From: Macrostomum lignano
Lineage: Eukaryota
Assembly: GCA_002269645.1 (NCBI GenBank)
Contig: NIVC01000628.1
Location: forward strand, 62,001-126,000
Reading direction: 5' to 3'
Length of the DNA: 64,000 nucleotides
Shown piece after piece: positions 12,807 to 26,860 of this stretch. Made by a program: the position numbers and the translations under genes. The notes under the pieces are model-generated. The model saw only the letters and a program-made list of their open reading frames with translations, had not been told where the DNA came from and ran no database searches. Within the stretch, counting starts at the first letter, position 1. The number at the start of each line of letters is the position of its first letter.

Positions 12807-13902
12807 GCGATCGTTGCTCTCCCCTGGCTATGATAAAAAATTGAAGCAGCAGACTGGCCTGAACAATTCGCAGGGACGCACAGAGACAGGATGGGGGACG
12901 CTGGGGGGGTTGCCAACCTGCCTGCTTGATGCGAAGCTGTGATAACAAAAATATTCCTTCTGTGTGTGTGTGTTATGTGACGTTTTTTCTGCTGCTACCG
13001 GGGAACTGCGGTTTAATCTGCGCTCCGGTCGTGTAAGTTGGCCTTAAGTCTGCAGAAGGGGGCCTGTAGGGGTGGGCGCTAAATGTCATAGCAGGTTGCT
13101 GGGACCCAAATATATATATAGCGGCTTTAGAAATCCCAGATCATGCTTATATTGGGGCAGCTGATGATGTCTGATACGAATGTCACAGAGCTGCTTCTGT
13201 GCCGCCAGTTCCTGCAGCCATGCGAGGCTTTCGCGACCAAAATCTACCTGGAAAGGTGCGCACAGACTGTGTGCGCGCTTCTTTCGGGGTTAATTTGAAT
13301 TGAAAGAAAATGCTTTATTTCTGTTTGCTTACAATCGGGGCCCAGTATCTATAGCACACGCGCCAAGCATAGCGTACTCAGTCACGCTCTGCTAAAATAA
13401 AGATTTTGTGTCGCAAACAACTTATCAGAGCCCCATATCTGCTAGCAGCGACTCATTCTATATTTCTCTTGCTCATTAAAAAAAGAAGTAAAAGAAAAAT
13501 AATAAAAAATGTTCCAATCGCAAGAAACTAGAAGAAGACTTGGTTTGCCTTCCTCGCTAGTCAAAAGTAGTGAATTATAGATTATTTGGTGCAATACTGG
13601 CCAATGAAGGACTGCAAAAAGGTGCAGTCTGATAAGATCACCTGGTCGATGCCCTATCTGCATGGCTCTCTGCACCCGCCAGACAGCCGCGGCTGGCCGC
13701 AGGCGAGAGGCGCCCTCTGTTATGCCCGACCCTCCGGTAATCGTCAGATTAGCCCAGCAACTAGTTAGCGTCTCAAGGAGGCTATTATAACACTATTTGC
13801 CGTTGTGCTCAGCCAGTGTGTGACTTTTTGTTGTTGCTATTTAGAATTATTCTGAGCTCTGCACCACCTGCCCCACCTTCTGAGTGCTGCGGAGGTTAAC
13901 TT

Positions 13903-14572
13903 GGCAGGTCACTGAAGGAGCGGAGGTTAACAGTGGCAGGTCACTGAAGGAGCGGAGGTTAACAGTGGCAGGTCACTGAATGAGCGGAGGTTAACAGTGG
14001 CAGGTCACTGAAGGAGCGGAGGTTAACAATGACATGTCACTGAAGGAGCGGAGGTTAACAGTGGCAGGTCACCTGAAGGAGCGGAGGTTAACAGTGGCAG
14101 GTCACTGAAGTCACTAAGTCACTGAAGGAGCGGAGGTTAACAGTGGCAGGTCACTGAAGTCACTAAGTCACTGAAGGAGCGGAGGTTAACAGTGGCAGGT
14201 CACTGAAGTCACTAAGTCACTGAAGGAGCGGAGGTTAACAGTTGCAGGTCACTGAAGTCACTAAGTCACTGAAGGAGCGGAGGTTAACAGTGACAGGTCA
14301 CTGAAGTCACTAAGTCACTGAATGAGCGGAGGTTAACAGTGGCAAGTCACTGAAGGAGCGGAGGTTAACAGTGGCAGGTCACTGAAGTCACTAAGTCACT
14401 GAAGGAGCGGAGGTTAACAGTGGCAGGTCACTGAAGAAGCGGAGGTTAACAGTTGCAAGTCACTGAAGTCGCTAAGTCACTGAAGGAGCGGAGGTTAACA
14501 GTGGCAGGTCACTGAAGGAGCGGAGGTTAACAGTGACAGGTCACTGAAGTCACTAAGTCACTGAAGGAGCGG
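13903..14572. repeat. 32-bp minisatellite (GTCACTGAAGGAGCGGAGGTTAACAGTGGCAG)n with a variant carrying an extra GTCACTGAAGTCACTAA
   Basis: Two unit lengths interleaved, read directly. Confidence 0.93.
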
Positions 14573-17292
14573 ATTATTAAAACAGCATTTGAAAGTGTAA
14601 AAATGCTGATAAAAAGTATTGATAACATTCCCGAATGCCGGATAGAATCGCGGTAAACAGAGGAACTTACCGCTTGAGTTTGACGCAGAATTTTGCCAAA
14701 CTCTAGACAGCTAATCGAAGTTTAGATTTTTAGCGTTGAAACTGGCCGCCTCGGATTGTAACAAATGAATAACTGAATGAGTAGCACTCGTGGCTTTTGG
14801 AGAGAGAGAGTAGGGCCCCGTTATCGCTGCGGTGTCTAACTTTTAAAAACTTCGGGCCGGAGTGAGGCATGGGGAGAGGAGGGGACGGAGGTGTGGGAGG
14901 GCCCCCAGTCGCTGCGGCTGGCGGAAGTTGGCGAACACTGGGCAGTCTCCATTGGCCAGCAGAGGGTTGGGGGGAGGGGTGCCCGAGGGTAGCCCATGCT
15001 GTTGAGGTACTACTGACACGGATGATACTACTGAGACAGCGCTTTCAGACCAGAATCTGCAACTGAAACTCCCAGATCGACAGCGCAAATAAACACTAAT
15101 AGTTGAGCACAGATTATCTTCCCTATGGGATAGCAGGAGTGGCACCCAGGATACTGCTGCACTGGGGAAGTGATGTTGCCTCTTCTCTCCCCCCCAACCA
15201 GAAGGCCTCACGAACCTTTGGCAGCTTTAGCTCAACACTTCCCCTCTCTGCTGTCCCATCTCCCCTTCTCCGCTATTATGGAGAGGATAAAACACCGGAC
15301 TGCGAGCTCGCTTTGTGTTTTCGTTTTGGAGATCTGGGCGTTGGGTCTGCAGCCCGCACTGGGGTCCCGGCCGGAAGCTGGGGCGCCAAGTCACTTTTCT
15401 CCCCCTCCCAGCATCCAGCCTCGCTCTCTCAGCACCTCAATGGGATAATACAGGGAAGCTGGGCAGGGGATATGCTCCGCCCCTCCCAGCTCAGGCCTTG
15501 GGTCGTTGAAGTTGTGGCCCTCCTCAGCTCCCGGACACCGCTTGTAAAACCAGCTTTTTGTATGCAGCAGCCCAGCTTTTTCAAGGGAAGTAGCCAGCGC
15601 ACGGGGTCTTCCTTCTGCCTTCTCCATCCGTGCAAGTTGTTTCCTTTCTGGTGCCTCCTCTGCTCCTCCCCTCCAAGCAGTTATATCTGGGGCAATAAGC
15701 TTCATCTGCTCAAAAAATTCTCCTCAATAGAATCTTCAGCACCGCACACTCTGGGTGCTCCGAGACCGCAGTCCGGGGCTGGGGGGGTTAGGCGCTACGG
15801 GGGGCGGATGGGTGAAACAATGGGAATCTTCCAGTGGGAGTTGCTGCGCTCCCTCATCTAGTTAGAAGAAGCTTTTTGGCTAATTTCTCAATTTAAGTAA
15901 TAAGAAGTTTCGCTGGACCCACTTGAGGCCCCGTTGAGACCTAACTGGAGACTCAAGCTGCTTCTCTCTTGGGTGTCAAGTTCTGAAAAATTTAAAGAAG
16001 TGCCAGCATCTTCTCGGCTGCACAGCACATGGGGATGTTTTCTAATTCTCTGCTTCTGGAGTCTGTCGGGTGCTCATTATGCCGGACTGTCCCCATATTC
16101 ACCTGGTCACTACAGGGATTATTACCTTGCAAAAATATCAACACTGAAACACACGGAGAGAATTCTCAGTAGTTGCCAAAATAGCAACAGGGCAGTGAGC
16201 ACTGCTCACGGCAAGACGGTGTTTCACCGTGGAGCAGGCAAAGCTACAGAACAGAGAGGCAGAGGCGTCAGTCAGGGGATCCGTGGCAGCAGTCTCGGTA
16301 ATTAGAAGGCATATACGGTTTATCAGCACAAGTCGAGCATGAACAATGCGGCGATAACGGAGCCGGGGGGCCGTATCTCAGGAGCTCTGGAGCCCGCACC
16401 CCCTTCCCCCGGGGGGCTAACGATGTCCGCGTCCAGACTAAAGAAAGCAAAGAGAAGCAAAAGAAGAAGGAGAGGAGCAGCTCAGCAAAAGGTGATCGCC
16501 GCATTCCGCTGGGCAGCCTCCGGTGCGAGCATCTGTAAAAAAATCCCCCCGCCCATGAGCTATTACCCCTTTTCCCATGCCTCTGTTCCCCCAATCCTAA
16601 CAGACTCACCGCACGCACGAGCCCTGAATTTACTGATTACAGGAGTCTTATATTTAGGGGTTGAAAGGCCATTAATTTACAATGGCTGAGCTGTCCGGTC
16701 TCATTCACCCCATCCCAGCCTCCCCAGCCAGTTCCCAGCGCCTCATCAACCAGAAGTTTTTTTGGCAACGCTGGATACGGTGAAGCTGAAATAACAAATT
16801 TGCGCAGAAAAATTAGCGACCAATTCTGCATTGCTTAACAACTGTTAATTTATAAAATTAGTCAGGCCCTTCAGGTGAGTTCCCAGCATGGGGCTGATAA
16901 TATCCTCTCAACTGGGATATCTCAGTCAGTCAGAGAGAGAGGCTGCGATGATGGGGGGCCCAGCCCGAGCAGAACTGATTGAGCTGGAGTGCATTAAACA
17001 ATCCAGGTTGGCCAAGTGTATAGCAGGGCCTAGCAGCGGCTTACTCCAGAGGTGAGAGAGTTATTCAGCATCCCTAGGCCGCCTCATCAAGAGCCTGTGA
17101 GAGCTCGTCGGCGCCCCCGGGGCAAGCAGCTTCCTGTCAGCGGGACTTCGCATCCGCGGCATAAAAAATAATCAAAATAACAAAAGTAGAGGCAGACACA
17201 GAGTTTCACTTGATCTGCGCTAAAATCCCAGCTAATAAACACCCTGACCATGGGATCATCAGCTCTATCAGACTGGAGACAGAGCCTGCTGA

Positions 17293-18075
17293 GAGTGAAT
17301 CACACCGCCAGTAGAGAGTGAATCACAGCATCAGTAGAGAGTGAATCACAGCATCAGTAAAGAGTGAATCACAGCATCAGTAGAGAGTGAATCACAGCAT
17401 CAGTAGAGAGTGAATCACACCGCCAGTAGATAGTGAATCACAGCATCAGTAGAGAGTGAATCACAGCATCAGTAGAGAGTGAATCACAGCATCAGTAGAG
17501 AGTGAATCACAGCATCAGTAGAGAGTGAATCACACCGCCAGTAGATAGTGAATCACAGCATCAGTAGAGAGTGAATCACAGCATTAGTAGAGAGTGAATC
17601 ACACCGCCAGTAGATAGTGAATCACAGCATCAGTAGAGAGTGAATCACAGCATCAGTAGAGAGTGAATCACAGCATCAGTAGAGAGTGAATCACAGCATT
17701 AGTAGAGAGTGAATCACACCGCCAGTAGATAGTGAATCACAGCGCCAGTAGAGAGTGAATCACAGCATTAGTAGAGAGTGAATCACAGCATCAGTAGAGA
17801 GTGAATCACAGCATCAGTAGAGAGTGAATCACACCGCCAGTAGATAGTGAATCACAGCATCAGTAGAGAGTGAATCACAGCATCAGTAGAGAGTGAATCA
17901 CACCGCCAGTAGATAGTGAATCACAGCATCAGTAGAGAGTGAATCACAGCATTAGTAGAGAGTGAATCACACCGCCAGTAGATAGTGAATCACAGCATCA
18001 GTAGAGAGTGAATCACAGCATCAGTAGAGAGTGAATCACAGCGCCAGTGGAGAGTGAATCACAGCGCCAGTGGAG
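17293..18075. repeat. 23-bp minisatellite (AGA[G/T]AGTGAATCACA[GCAT/CCGC]CAGT)n, about 34 copies
   Basis: Tandem units read directly. Confidence 0.95.
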
Positions 18076-19396
18076 TCAGCACTCGCCACTTTGCCAGCCA
18101 ATAATTTTTCTCAATATTCCCCGTCAGATGCCGACTTTCTTTTGTTTTAGCCGCGCGCTCGCGCCCCAGAGTCCCGTCTTCATCCTGCCTTTAATATGCG
18201 CTGCCGCCTAGAAGTGGCGCCACTGATTGCATTTAAAAAAACTGAACCTGGTCTCATGGTTCCTCTTATTTCGTCCCCCTCCTCCCTCACTCTCTCGGAC
18301 TCTCGTATTGCTAAAAAATCAATTTCCTCAAAAGCGAAGTGGTGAGTTCAGCCAGGCAGCCAGCCACCCCGGGTATTATCCCCGCAAGGCCCAGTTTTCA
18401 ACCCCCCCCTTTCCCCGAGGATTTTCAAGCCTCCAATCTTCAATCCCAGCCAAGGGGCCAAGTGGCTTGCAGTTGGCGCCACCACATTTTTATATTTTGG
18501 CCGCAGCGGTAAAGCGCGCCCATATTGACAAATCTCTCTTGTTACACACCTGAAAGATATTGAATTATAACTCCCACACAGGGGGGGGGCAACAGCTCAG
18601 CGCGGACTGCGCGAAAACTTTTTGCAAGCGCGCGTAGAGTTGCTGACTGACTGAGGTCCTGCAGACGGTATTGTGGGCAGGAAGGAAGCGACCTCCTCAT
18701 ATATTGGTCATATTGGCCCTGTGCTGATCCGAGGCGTGCTGAGACCCCCCCCCCGGCTGCGAGACAATGGCCTCGAGAGCATTGGGGAGGGGGTTGGTGG
18801 ATAAGCCGAGATTGCGGTTTATAAGTTTGAGAGCGAGAATGGCGGACATTGCACTGGGATCGGGGCTGGGCGGGGAGGATATTGGGGAACAGCAGCCAGA
18901 TTGCATATCCCCAGAACGGATTGACTAACTGTCAATCTTGAGAGCTTTCTTTCGAAAGTAGCTATATTCTCCCAAACAAAGGGAAACCTTATTCATTATT
19001 GTAGTCTTTTATCCCGATTCTGTGTAACACTACAAATTCGAATATATTAGTCTCGCCTACTACTCATAAGCGTTAGTAGTCAGTCTTTCAGACCCTAGCA
19101 GAGTGGCAAAACAGACTGCGAGATTATGCATGCATTTCAGAACGAACAAACGCTAAGGATATTTCCGTATCTGTCAACAAGCAACTCACCCAATATCCTA
19201 TAATCCTCTTAAGACATTAGCAAAGCCACTCGGCTTCTGAATTGCCCACTGCCTCCAAGCAGCTTTGATCCACATAGAATTCTCTGCCCAACAGTTGTGG
19301 CCTGAGCTGCCCGCAGGTTAACAGCTGGGTACAGCTGAGGTTTTAGCACACTGCTAATACTGACTGCGGTGCGCAGTGCATGCACTGAGATTGACT

Positions 19397-20140
<744 letters not shown>

Positions 20141-20856
20141 AAAAATTGCAATCCAATTGCCCTACTACAAGTAGATTCACGCGGACCGCACTGAATTATT
20201 TACAGCAGCCCCACACGAACTGCTAATCCGACTCTCTTCACGGGAAGGCCAATGAAAATCTATCGAAGTCTCAGGCCTGTTGAACTTTCGCGAGCTCGTC
20301 ATTGAATTTCTGCCCCGGATTAGCGAGCAGTTGGAATCGAATCCCGGACCCTCATCTGTCCATGAATTAATGCACGGGCAACGAGTCTGCTGCTTCATCA
20401 GTTCGGCCGCCGCATGCTGCTCAGGAACTCACATTCTCTCCTCCAAGGTTCTGCCAGCGAATGCCAGAGCACAGATGAGTTGAGGAAGTCAAGAGCCAGT
20501 CTGGCGGCTAAAGTGTGCGGGAGAGAGTGCGCATCGATCGTTTCGTGTGGAGAATTCCTTCTAAAAGAGGTGCAGACAGAGGCGCAACGAATCCACGCAC
20601 CAGATTTGAGCGTCTCCCTGACCTTGAACCGACTCTCGGACAGCAGGCATCAGAAACTTTTTTAATAAATATTTTTATAAAACTTCGGCCGGCAATGCCT
20701 TTACTGGTTTCGGGCTTTTCTGAGCAGGCCGCGAACTCTGCAACTTCCGCCTGGGGCTCCCGCTATGCTTCAGACTATAAATTTTTAATGACCTTGACTG
20801 GCTGGCGAACCCCACCTGCACTGCACCAGCTCAACACTCCTGAGTCTGTCTGCTCA

Positions 20857-21649
<793 letters not shown>

Positions 21650-22457
21650 GTCAGTATCCAGGCCGAGCGCATGTATTGGCTACCTGGTGTTAAAGTGTCG
21701 ATGGTTTCCTACAGTTAATTTCCAGGCTTACCTGTACAGAGACAGGCGCATTGCAAGGCAAGATCCAGCAAGTTTTTATTTGCATCGCTTCCCCTTCCAA
21801 GATTTGCGTCGTAAAAGTTATAAAAAATGACTTCCTGTTTTGATAACGAGGCTCGGGGCTCACCTTAGACTTCAGCCTAGCTTTCGGGCTGGATGGCTGC
21901 AAGGTGAGGAGGGCCGTCGCTGAGCTCGCGTGTCTGCACAGCCGCATTGAGAAAACTCAGGATTTCAACTTTAATCGGCATCCAGTCTGTGGATGCAGGA
22001 CGCCTCATCCTTTTCTTCATCTGTACGGGCCAGAAAAGACCAGAAACTTCATTCACACGAAAGCAGAACTTAGAACGTAGAGACAAGATGATCGGATTGC
22101 TCAATTCAAAAATTCCAACTTGACAGCTTTGAAATTTGAAGCGACATTTCATCGCGGATTTCTTGGCTAAGTTTCAAGTCACGAGCACTTTGATAAACTC
22201 AAATAGTGGGTGCCGGAAAAGTACAAGCAGTCAAACACCTGGGACATTTTGGGATAATTTTTATTAAACACAGAGGTTTTCCTTTGGTTAACAGAATTTG
22301 AAGGACTTCGCTCGGCATCCTGCTCAACCAAGGACAAAATGGAGTGGCGACTGCGATGGAGTGCGAATCTGGATACACAGCAAATGAATTTAGTGTTGAG
22401 TAATAGTTCCTCAAAAGCCACAGAGCATCCTGGTGAACTGCTCATTGTCGATCGATC

Positions 22458-23246
22458 TTATTCATAGTTGATCGGGTCGAAGTATCCGCCCCTCGATTGA
22501 TAGTAGGCCCTCTTCTTGCCGTAGTTGATGGGATCAAAGTAGGCCCTCTTCTTGCCGTAGTTGATGGGATCAAAGTAGGCCCTCTTCTTGCCGTAGTTGA
22601 TGGGATCAAAGTAGGCCCTCTTCTTGTCGTAGTTGATGGGGTCAAAGTAGGCCCTCTTCTTGCCGTAGTTGATGGGATCAAAGTAGGCCCTCTTCTTGCC
22701 GTAGTTGATGGGGTCAAAGTAGGCCCTCTTCTTGCCGTAGTTGATGGGGTCAAAGTAGGCCCTCTTCTTGCCGTAGTTGATGGGATCAAAGTAGGCCCTC
22801 TTCTTGCCGTAGTTGATGGGATCAAAGTAGGCCCTCTTCTTGCCGTAGTTGATGGGGTCAAAGTAGGCCCTCTTCTTGCCGTAGTTGATGGGGTCAAAGT
22901 AGGCCCTCTTCTTGCCGTAGTTGATGGGATCAAAGTAGGCCCTCTTCTTGCCGTAGTTGATGGGGTCAAAGTAGGCCCTCTTCTTGCCGTAGTTGATGGG
23001 ATCAAAGTAGGCCCTCTTCTTGCCGTAGTTGATGGGATCAAAGTAGGCCCTCTTCTTGCCGTAGTTGATGGGATCAAAGTAGGCCCTCTTCTTGCCGTAG
23101 TTGATGGGGTCAAAGTAGGCCCTCTTCTTGCCGTAGTTGATGGGATCAAAGTAGGCCCTCTTCTTGCCGTAGTTGATGGGATCAAAGTAGGCCCTCTTCT
23201 CTGCATTAACTTCATCTCCATCAGATGACGCATCCTTGATGTCTGT
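22458..23246 (-). CDS. Neuropeptide prohormone, peptide-coding exon: TDIKDASSDGDEVNAEKR-(AYFDPINYGKKR)x18 + one AYFDPINYDKKR + AYYQSRGGYFDPINYE*
   Basis: Acceptor TTGATTTCTCAG|ACA phase 0. Acidic spacer, then 19 in-frame 12-aa units each with Gly (amide donor) plus a KKR convertase site. The recurrent variable position is synonymous GAT/GAC. Confidence 0.9.
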   Translation of the reverse strand, partial: TDIKDASSDGDEVNAEKRAYFDPINYGKKRAYFDPINYGKKRAYFDPINYGKKRAYFDPINYGKKRAYFDPINYGKKRAYFDPINYGKKRAYFDPINYGKKRAYFDPINYGKKRAYFDPINYGKKRAYFDPINYGKKRAYFDPINYGKKRAYFDPINYGKKRAYFDPINYGKKRAYFDPINYGKKRAYFDPINYGKKRAYFDPINYDKKRAYFDPINYGKKRAYFDPINYGKKRAYFDPINYGKKRAYYQSRGGYFDPINYE

Positions 23247-23667
23247 CTGAGAAATCAAGAGGTTAATTTCTCGTCACCCATGGTTTATGATGTCCAAATT
23301 AGGCAAGGAACAGTCGTTAGATTTAATCTGTAGCCCCCTTGTTAGGTCCCCATAAATAATGAAGATTCTCGAAATTTTCCAAATCGTGCTCAACTACCTG
23401 TTCTGAGCCCCGGCTTCAAAGCCAAAGTCATCAGGCCAGCTGACTAGCTGAAGGCGTGGACAAGAATAATTCTGAAGTATCTTAATCGCGCTGGGAGCCG
23501 TTCTTCCTAACCGGGCGTGCAGTTGACTGACTCAGACGGGGTCGCAGGCTTGATGAAAACTGTGCAGCATTGGGAGTTGGACTGTCCGGCTTAGTGGATC
23601 TGGATTGCGGGTTGGATAGCACTGCAGCTCTATTCGAATCTTGTTAGGAAGGAGAAACCTACGTCCC

Positions 23668-24270
23668 AGCTCTCTCAGCTCTCTCAGCTGTCTCAGCTCT
23701 CTCAGCTCTCTCAGCTGTCTCAGCTCTCTCAGCTGTCTCAGCTCTCTCAGCTCTCTCAGCTGTCTCAGCTCTCTCAGCTGTCTCAGCTGTCTCAGCTCTC
23801 TCAGCTGTCTCAGCTCTCTCAGCTGTCTCAGCTCTCTCAGCTGTCTCAGCTGTCTCAGCTGTCTCAGCTCTCTCAGCTCTCTCAGCTCTCTCAGCTCTCT
23901 CTCAGCTCTCTCAGCTATCTCAGCTCTCTCAGCTCTCTCAGCTGTCTCAGCTCTCTCAGCTGTCTCAGCTGTCTCAGCTCTCTCAGCTGTCTCAGCTCTC
24001 TCAGCTGTCTCAGCTCTCTCAGCTGTCTCAGCTCTCTCAGCTGTCTCAACTCTCTCAGCTGTCTCAGCTGTCTCAGCTGTTTCAGCTCTCTCTCAGCTCT
24101 CTTTGTCTTGCCACTTGTCTCTCTCCTCTCCCTCCCTGCCTCTCCTCTCTCCCTCTTTGTCTCTCCTCTCCCTCCCTGCCTCTCCTCTCTCCCTCCCTGC
24201 TTCTCCTCTCTCCCTCTTTGTCTCTCCTCTCCCTCACTGTCTCTCCTCTCCCTCACTGCCTCTCCTCCCT
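23668..24270. repeat. (CTCTCAG/CTGTCTCAG-type)n array followed by a CT-rich tract, intronic
   Basis: Read directly; lies between the two prohormone exons. Confidence 0.9.
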
Positions 24271-24794
24271 CCCTGTGTTTCCACTTTCCCTCTCGTAAAA
24301 AGCCATTCCCGGGAGCAGAGCATTCCGAACGTCACTGCGGTAATGAGAGGCTTTAAGCCTTTTGTTTTCAATTTTGCATTCGACTGCAAAGAGTGAGTAG
24401 GTTTTAGTATCGAATTTCTCTGAACAATACTCGTACAAACTAATAATATGCTTGAAATCGCCCTAGTTTTTCATCAGGCCTAATAGATACCTTTTACGGT
24501 GATGAGGGAGCCAAAAACTTTCTGTTTAGGTGGGGGGGGGATCCAGAAGGGCACTGCTGTGTTGTGTTTGACATGTCTCAAAGATTTTTAGAAGGCCTTA
24601 GAAGTAAATTAAAAGTTCTAATCCCTAACATAAGAATCCTTAGTATCATATGTAAGAAGGGGCAACTTAGAAAATTCCAACATCAAAAGTTTTAAAACTT
24701 GCTCGTCAAGTACTTCGTTTTTTATTTTTAATACGGGCTATGATCAGTTAGGATAACTTGGGTAGAGTTGAGGAAAGAACATGGGTTGGGACAA

Positions 24795-25160
24795 GGACTC
24801 AGGATAGTAGGTGGGATGAGGACTAAGGAGAGTAGGTGGGATGAGGACTCAGGATAGTAGGTGGGATGAGGACTAAGGAGAGTAGGTGGGATGAGGACTC
24901 AGGAGAGTAGGTGGGATGAGGACTAAAGAGAGTAGGTGGGATGAGGACTCAGGAGAGTAGGTGGGATAAGAATTCAGGAGAGTAGGTGGGATGAGGACTA
25001 AGGAGAGTAGGTGGGATAAGAATTCAGGAGAGTAGGTGGGATGAGGACTAAGGAGAGTAGGTGGGATGAGGACTCAGGAGAGTAGGTGGGATGAGGACTA
25101 AGGAGAGTAGGTGGGATGAGGACTCAGGAGAGTAGGTGGGATGAGGACTCAGGAGAGTAG
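24795..25160. repeat. 25-bp minisatellite (GAGTAGGTGGGATGAGGACT[A/C]AGGA)n, intronic
   Basis: Tandem units ending about 53 bp from the donor at 25213. Confidence 0.93.
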
Positions 25161-25213
25161 GTTGGGTACAGAGGGTCAGTGATGGTGAGGCTCATTGACA
25201 ATAGAATTCTCAC

Positions 25214-25300
25214 CCTGGACTCCGCAGCAAAAGCGGTGCAGCCCAGCAACAGCAGGAGCAGTAGAACCAGTGGAGATGTTGAGAAGTTTCGCGAGGCCAT
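25214..25300 (-). CDS. Neuropeptide prohormone, signal-peptide exon MASRNFSTSPLVLLLLLLLGCTAFAAESR
   Basis: ATG in ACTATGG context, poly-Leu h-region, AFA/A small-residue cleavage site; donor AGG|GTGAGA phase 0 matches the acceptor at 23246. Intervening exons are not excluded. Confidence 0.82.
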
Positions 25301-25507
25301 AGTCGGATGCTGAGACAGATGTCGTTTAAAAAAACTCCTAAAACTCAGTCTCCGAGCTGAGAATTCGGCCAGTGAGTCAGTTTGCTGTTTTATGCAGCTC
25401 AGATCAGTCTGACATTCGGCCAGTTGCCGATTGGCTGGCCGATGCGATTGGCTGCACCGCCGAAAATGGCTGGGTTGAGAGTTGGGGGTGTAGGCTCGGC
25501 CTCTCAT

Positions 25508-26117
25508 GGTCTGTCTGATCTGCTGGGTCTGTCTGATCTGTTGGGTCTGTCTGATCTGTTTGGTCTATCTGATCTGTTGGGTCTATCTGATCTGTTGAGT
25601 CTATCTGATCTGCTGGGTCTGTCTGATCTGTTGGGTCTATCTGATCTGCTGGGTCTGTCTGATCTGTTGGGTCTATCTGATCTGGGTCTGTCTGATCTGT
25701 TGGGTCTATCTGATCTGTTGGGTCTATCTGATCTGTTGGGTCTATCTGATCTGTTGGGTCTATCTGATCTGTTGGGTCTATCTGATCTGCTGGGTCTGTC
25801 TGATCTGTTGGGTCTATCTGATCTGCTGGGTCTGTCTGATCTGTTGGGTCTATCTGATCTGGGTCTGTCTGATCTGTTGGGTCAGTCTGATCTGTTGGGT
25901 CTATCTGATCTGTTGGGTCTGTCTGATCTATTGGGTCTGTCTGATCTGTTGGGTCTATCTGATCTGTTGGGTCTGTCTGATCTGTTGGGTCTGTCTGATC
26001 TGTTGGGTCTGTCTGATCTGTTGGGTCTATCTGATCTGGGTCTATCTGATCTGGGTCTATCTGATCTGTTGGGTCTATCTGATCTGGGTCTATCTGATCT
26101 GTTGGGTCTATCTGATC
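25508..26117. repeat. 18-bp minisatellite (TGGGTCT[A/G]TCTGATCTG[T/C])n with 15-bp deletion variants
   Basis: Read directly; source of the GLSDLL ORF. Confidence 0.94.
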
Positions 26118-26761
26118 TTACAGTTCTGATTTAACCAGAGTGACTTTGTAAGAGCAGCGATCGTGTCCAACACGTGCAGGTTAACCACATTTTCAGCAGA
26201 CTTCCATTGCCAAATTGCCAATTTACGATCGGAGGCTAATCAATATTCATGCGGTTGAGGCCAACAGGGAGTAATTAGTTTAGCGCTGCTGTCTTTTGCA
26301 GTACTATTAATAAGAGGACAGCTTATCCAAAATGATATATTCCTGCACGGTCACGAGTGCGGGAATGACATCTGCACGAGTGCGCGCTAGTGCACGAGTG
26401 CACGATGTCCTTCACGCACGAGTGAACGTGAAGGAATTCCATTGTCGGATGATTCATCGTGCAGGAATGCACAAAACCGTGCAGGAATGCATTTCTGCGC
26501 CTAATGCTTTTTCAGTGAGATTTTACCATAGACATCCATTCCTGCACGCAAAAGAGTGCAAGAATGCCATTCTTGCATGGAAAATCAGCCGACAATGAGT
26601 TAATCGAATGCAACTAAAATGCCTGGTTGACTACTGCATGCATCTCAGGATTCTCAATCTACATATGCGCTCGCAGTGGCGTAGAGGCGGAGGGGCAGTC
26701 TGGCTTTTGGCCATAGACAAAAATATATACTAATTAAATGAACTTTCTAAAGTAAGTATCA

Positions 26762-26860
26762 GATTAAACATGCCTTTTGAGGGAGTTATTTGTATAAATC
26801 ACGAGGGCCTGAGGCCCGAGGGATTTATGAAAATAACTCCCGAAAAAGGCATGTGTAATC
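26762..26860. repeat. About 99-bp imperfect palindrome centred on GAGGGCCTGAGGCCCGAG
   Basis: Arms GATTAAACATGCCTTTTGAGGGAGTTATTT... and ...AAATAACTCCCGAAAAAGGCATGTGTAATC pair over most of their length. Confidence 0.8.

Noticed and set aside
13903-14572. Repeat with alternating longer units, superficially CRISPR-like
   Set aside because: No unique spacers, no cas genes, eukaryotic context. The same applies to every array here.
15103-15861. 252-aa plus-strand ORF
   Set aside because: No recognisable motif, no codon bias like the true exons, several overlapping ORFs of similar quality in GC-rich DNA.
16339-16689. ORF with a basic KKAKRSKRRRR stretch (NLS-like)
   Set aside because: Arises from a purine-rich run; no supporting exon chain found.
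23530-23631. Possible extra prohormone exon after acceptor TTCCTAACAAG
   Set aside because: The best-looking frame is phase 1, which does not match the phase-0 donor at 25214; the phase-0 reading has only a weak donor.
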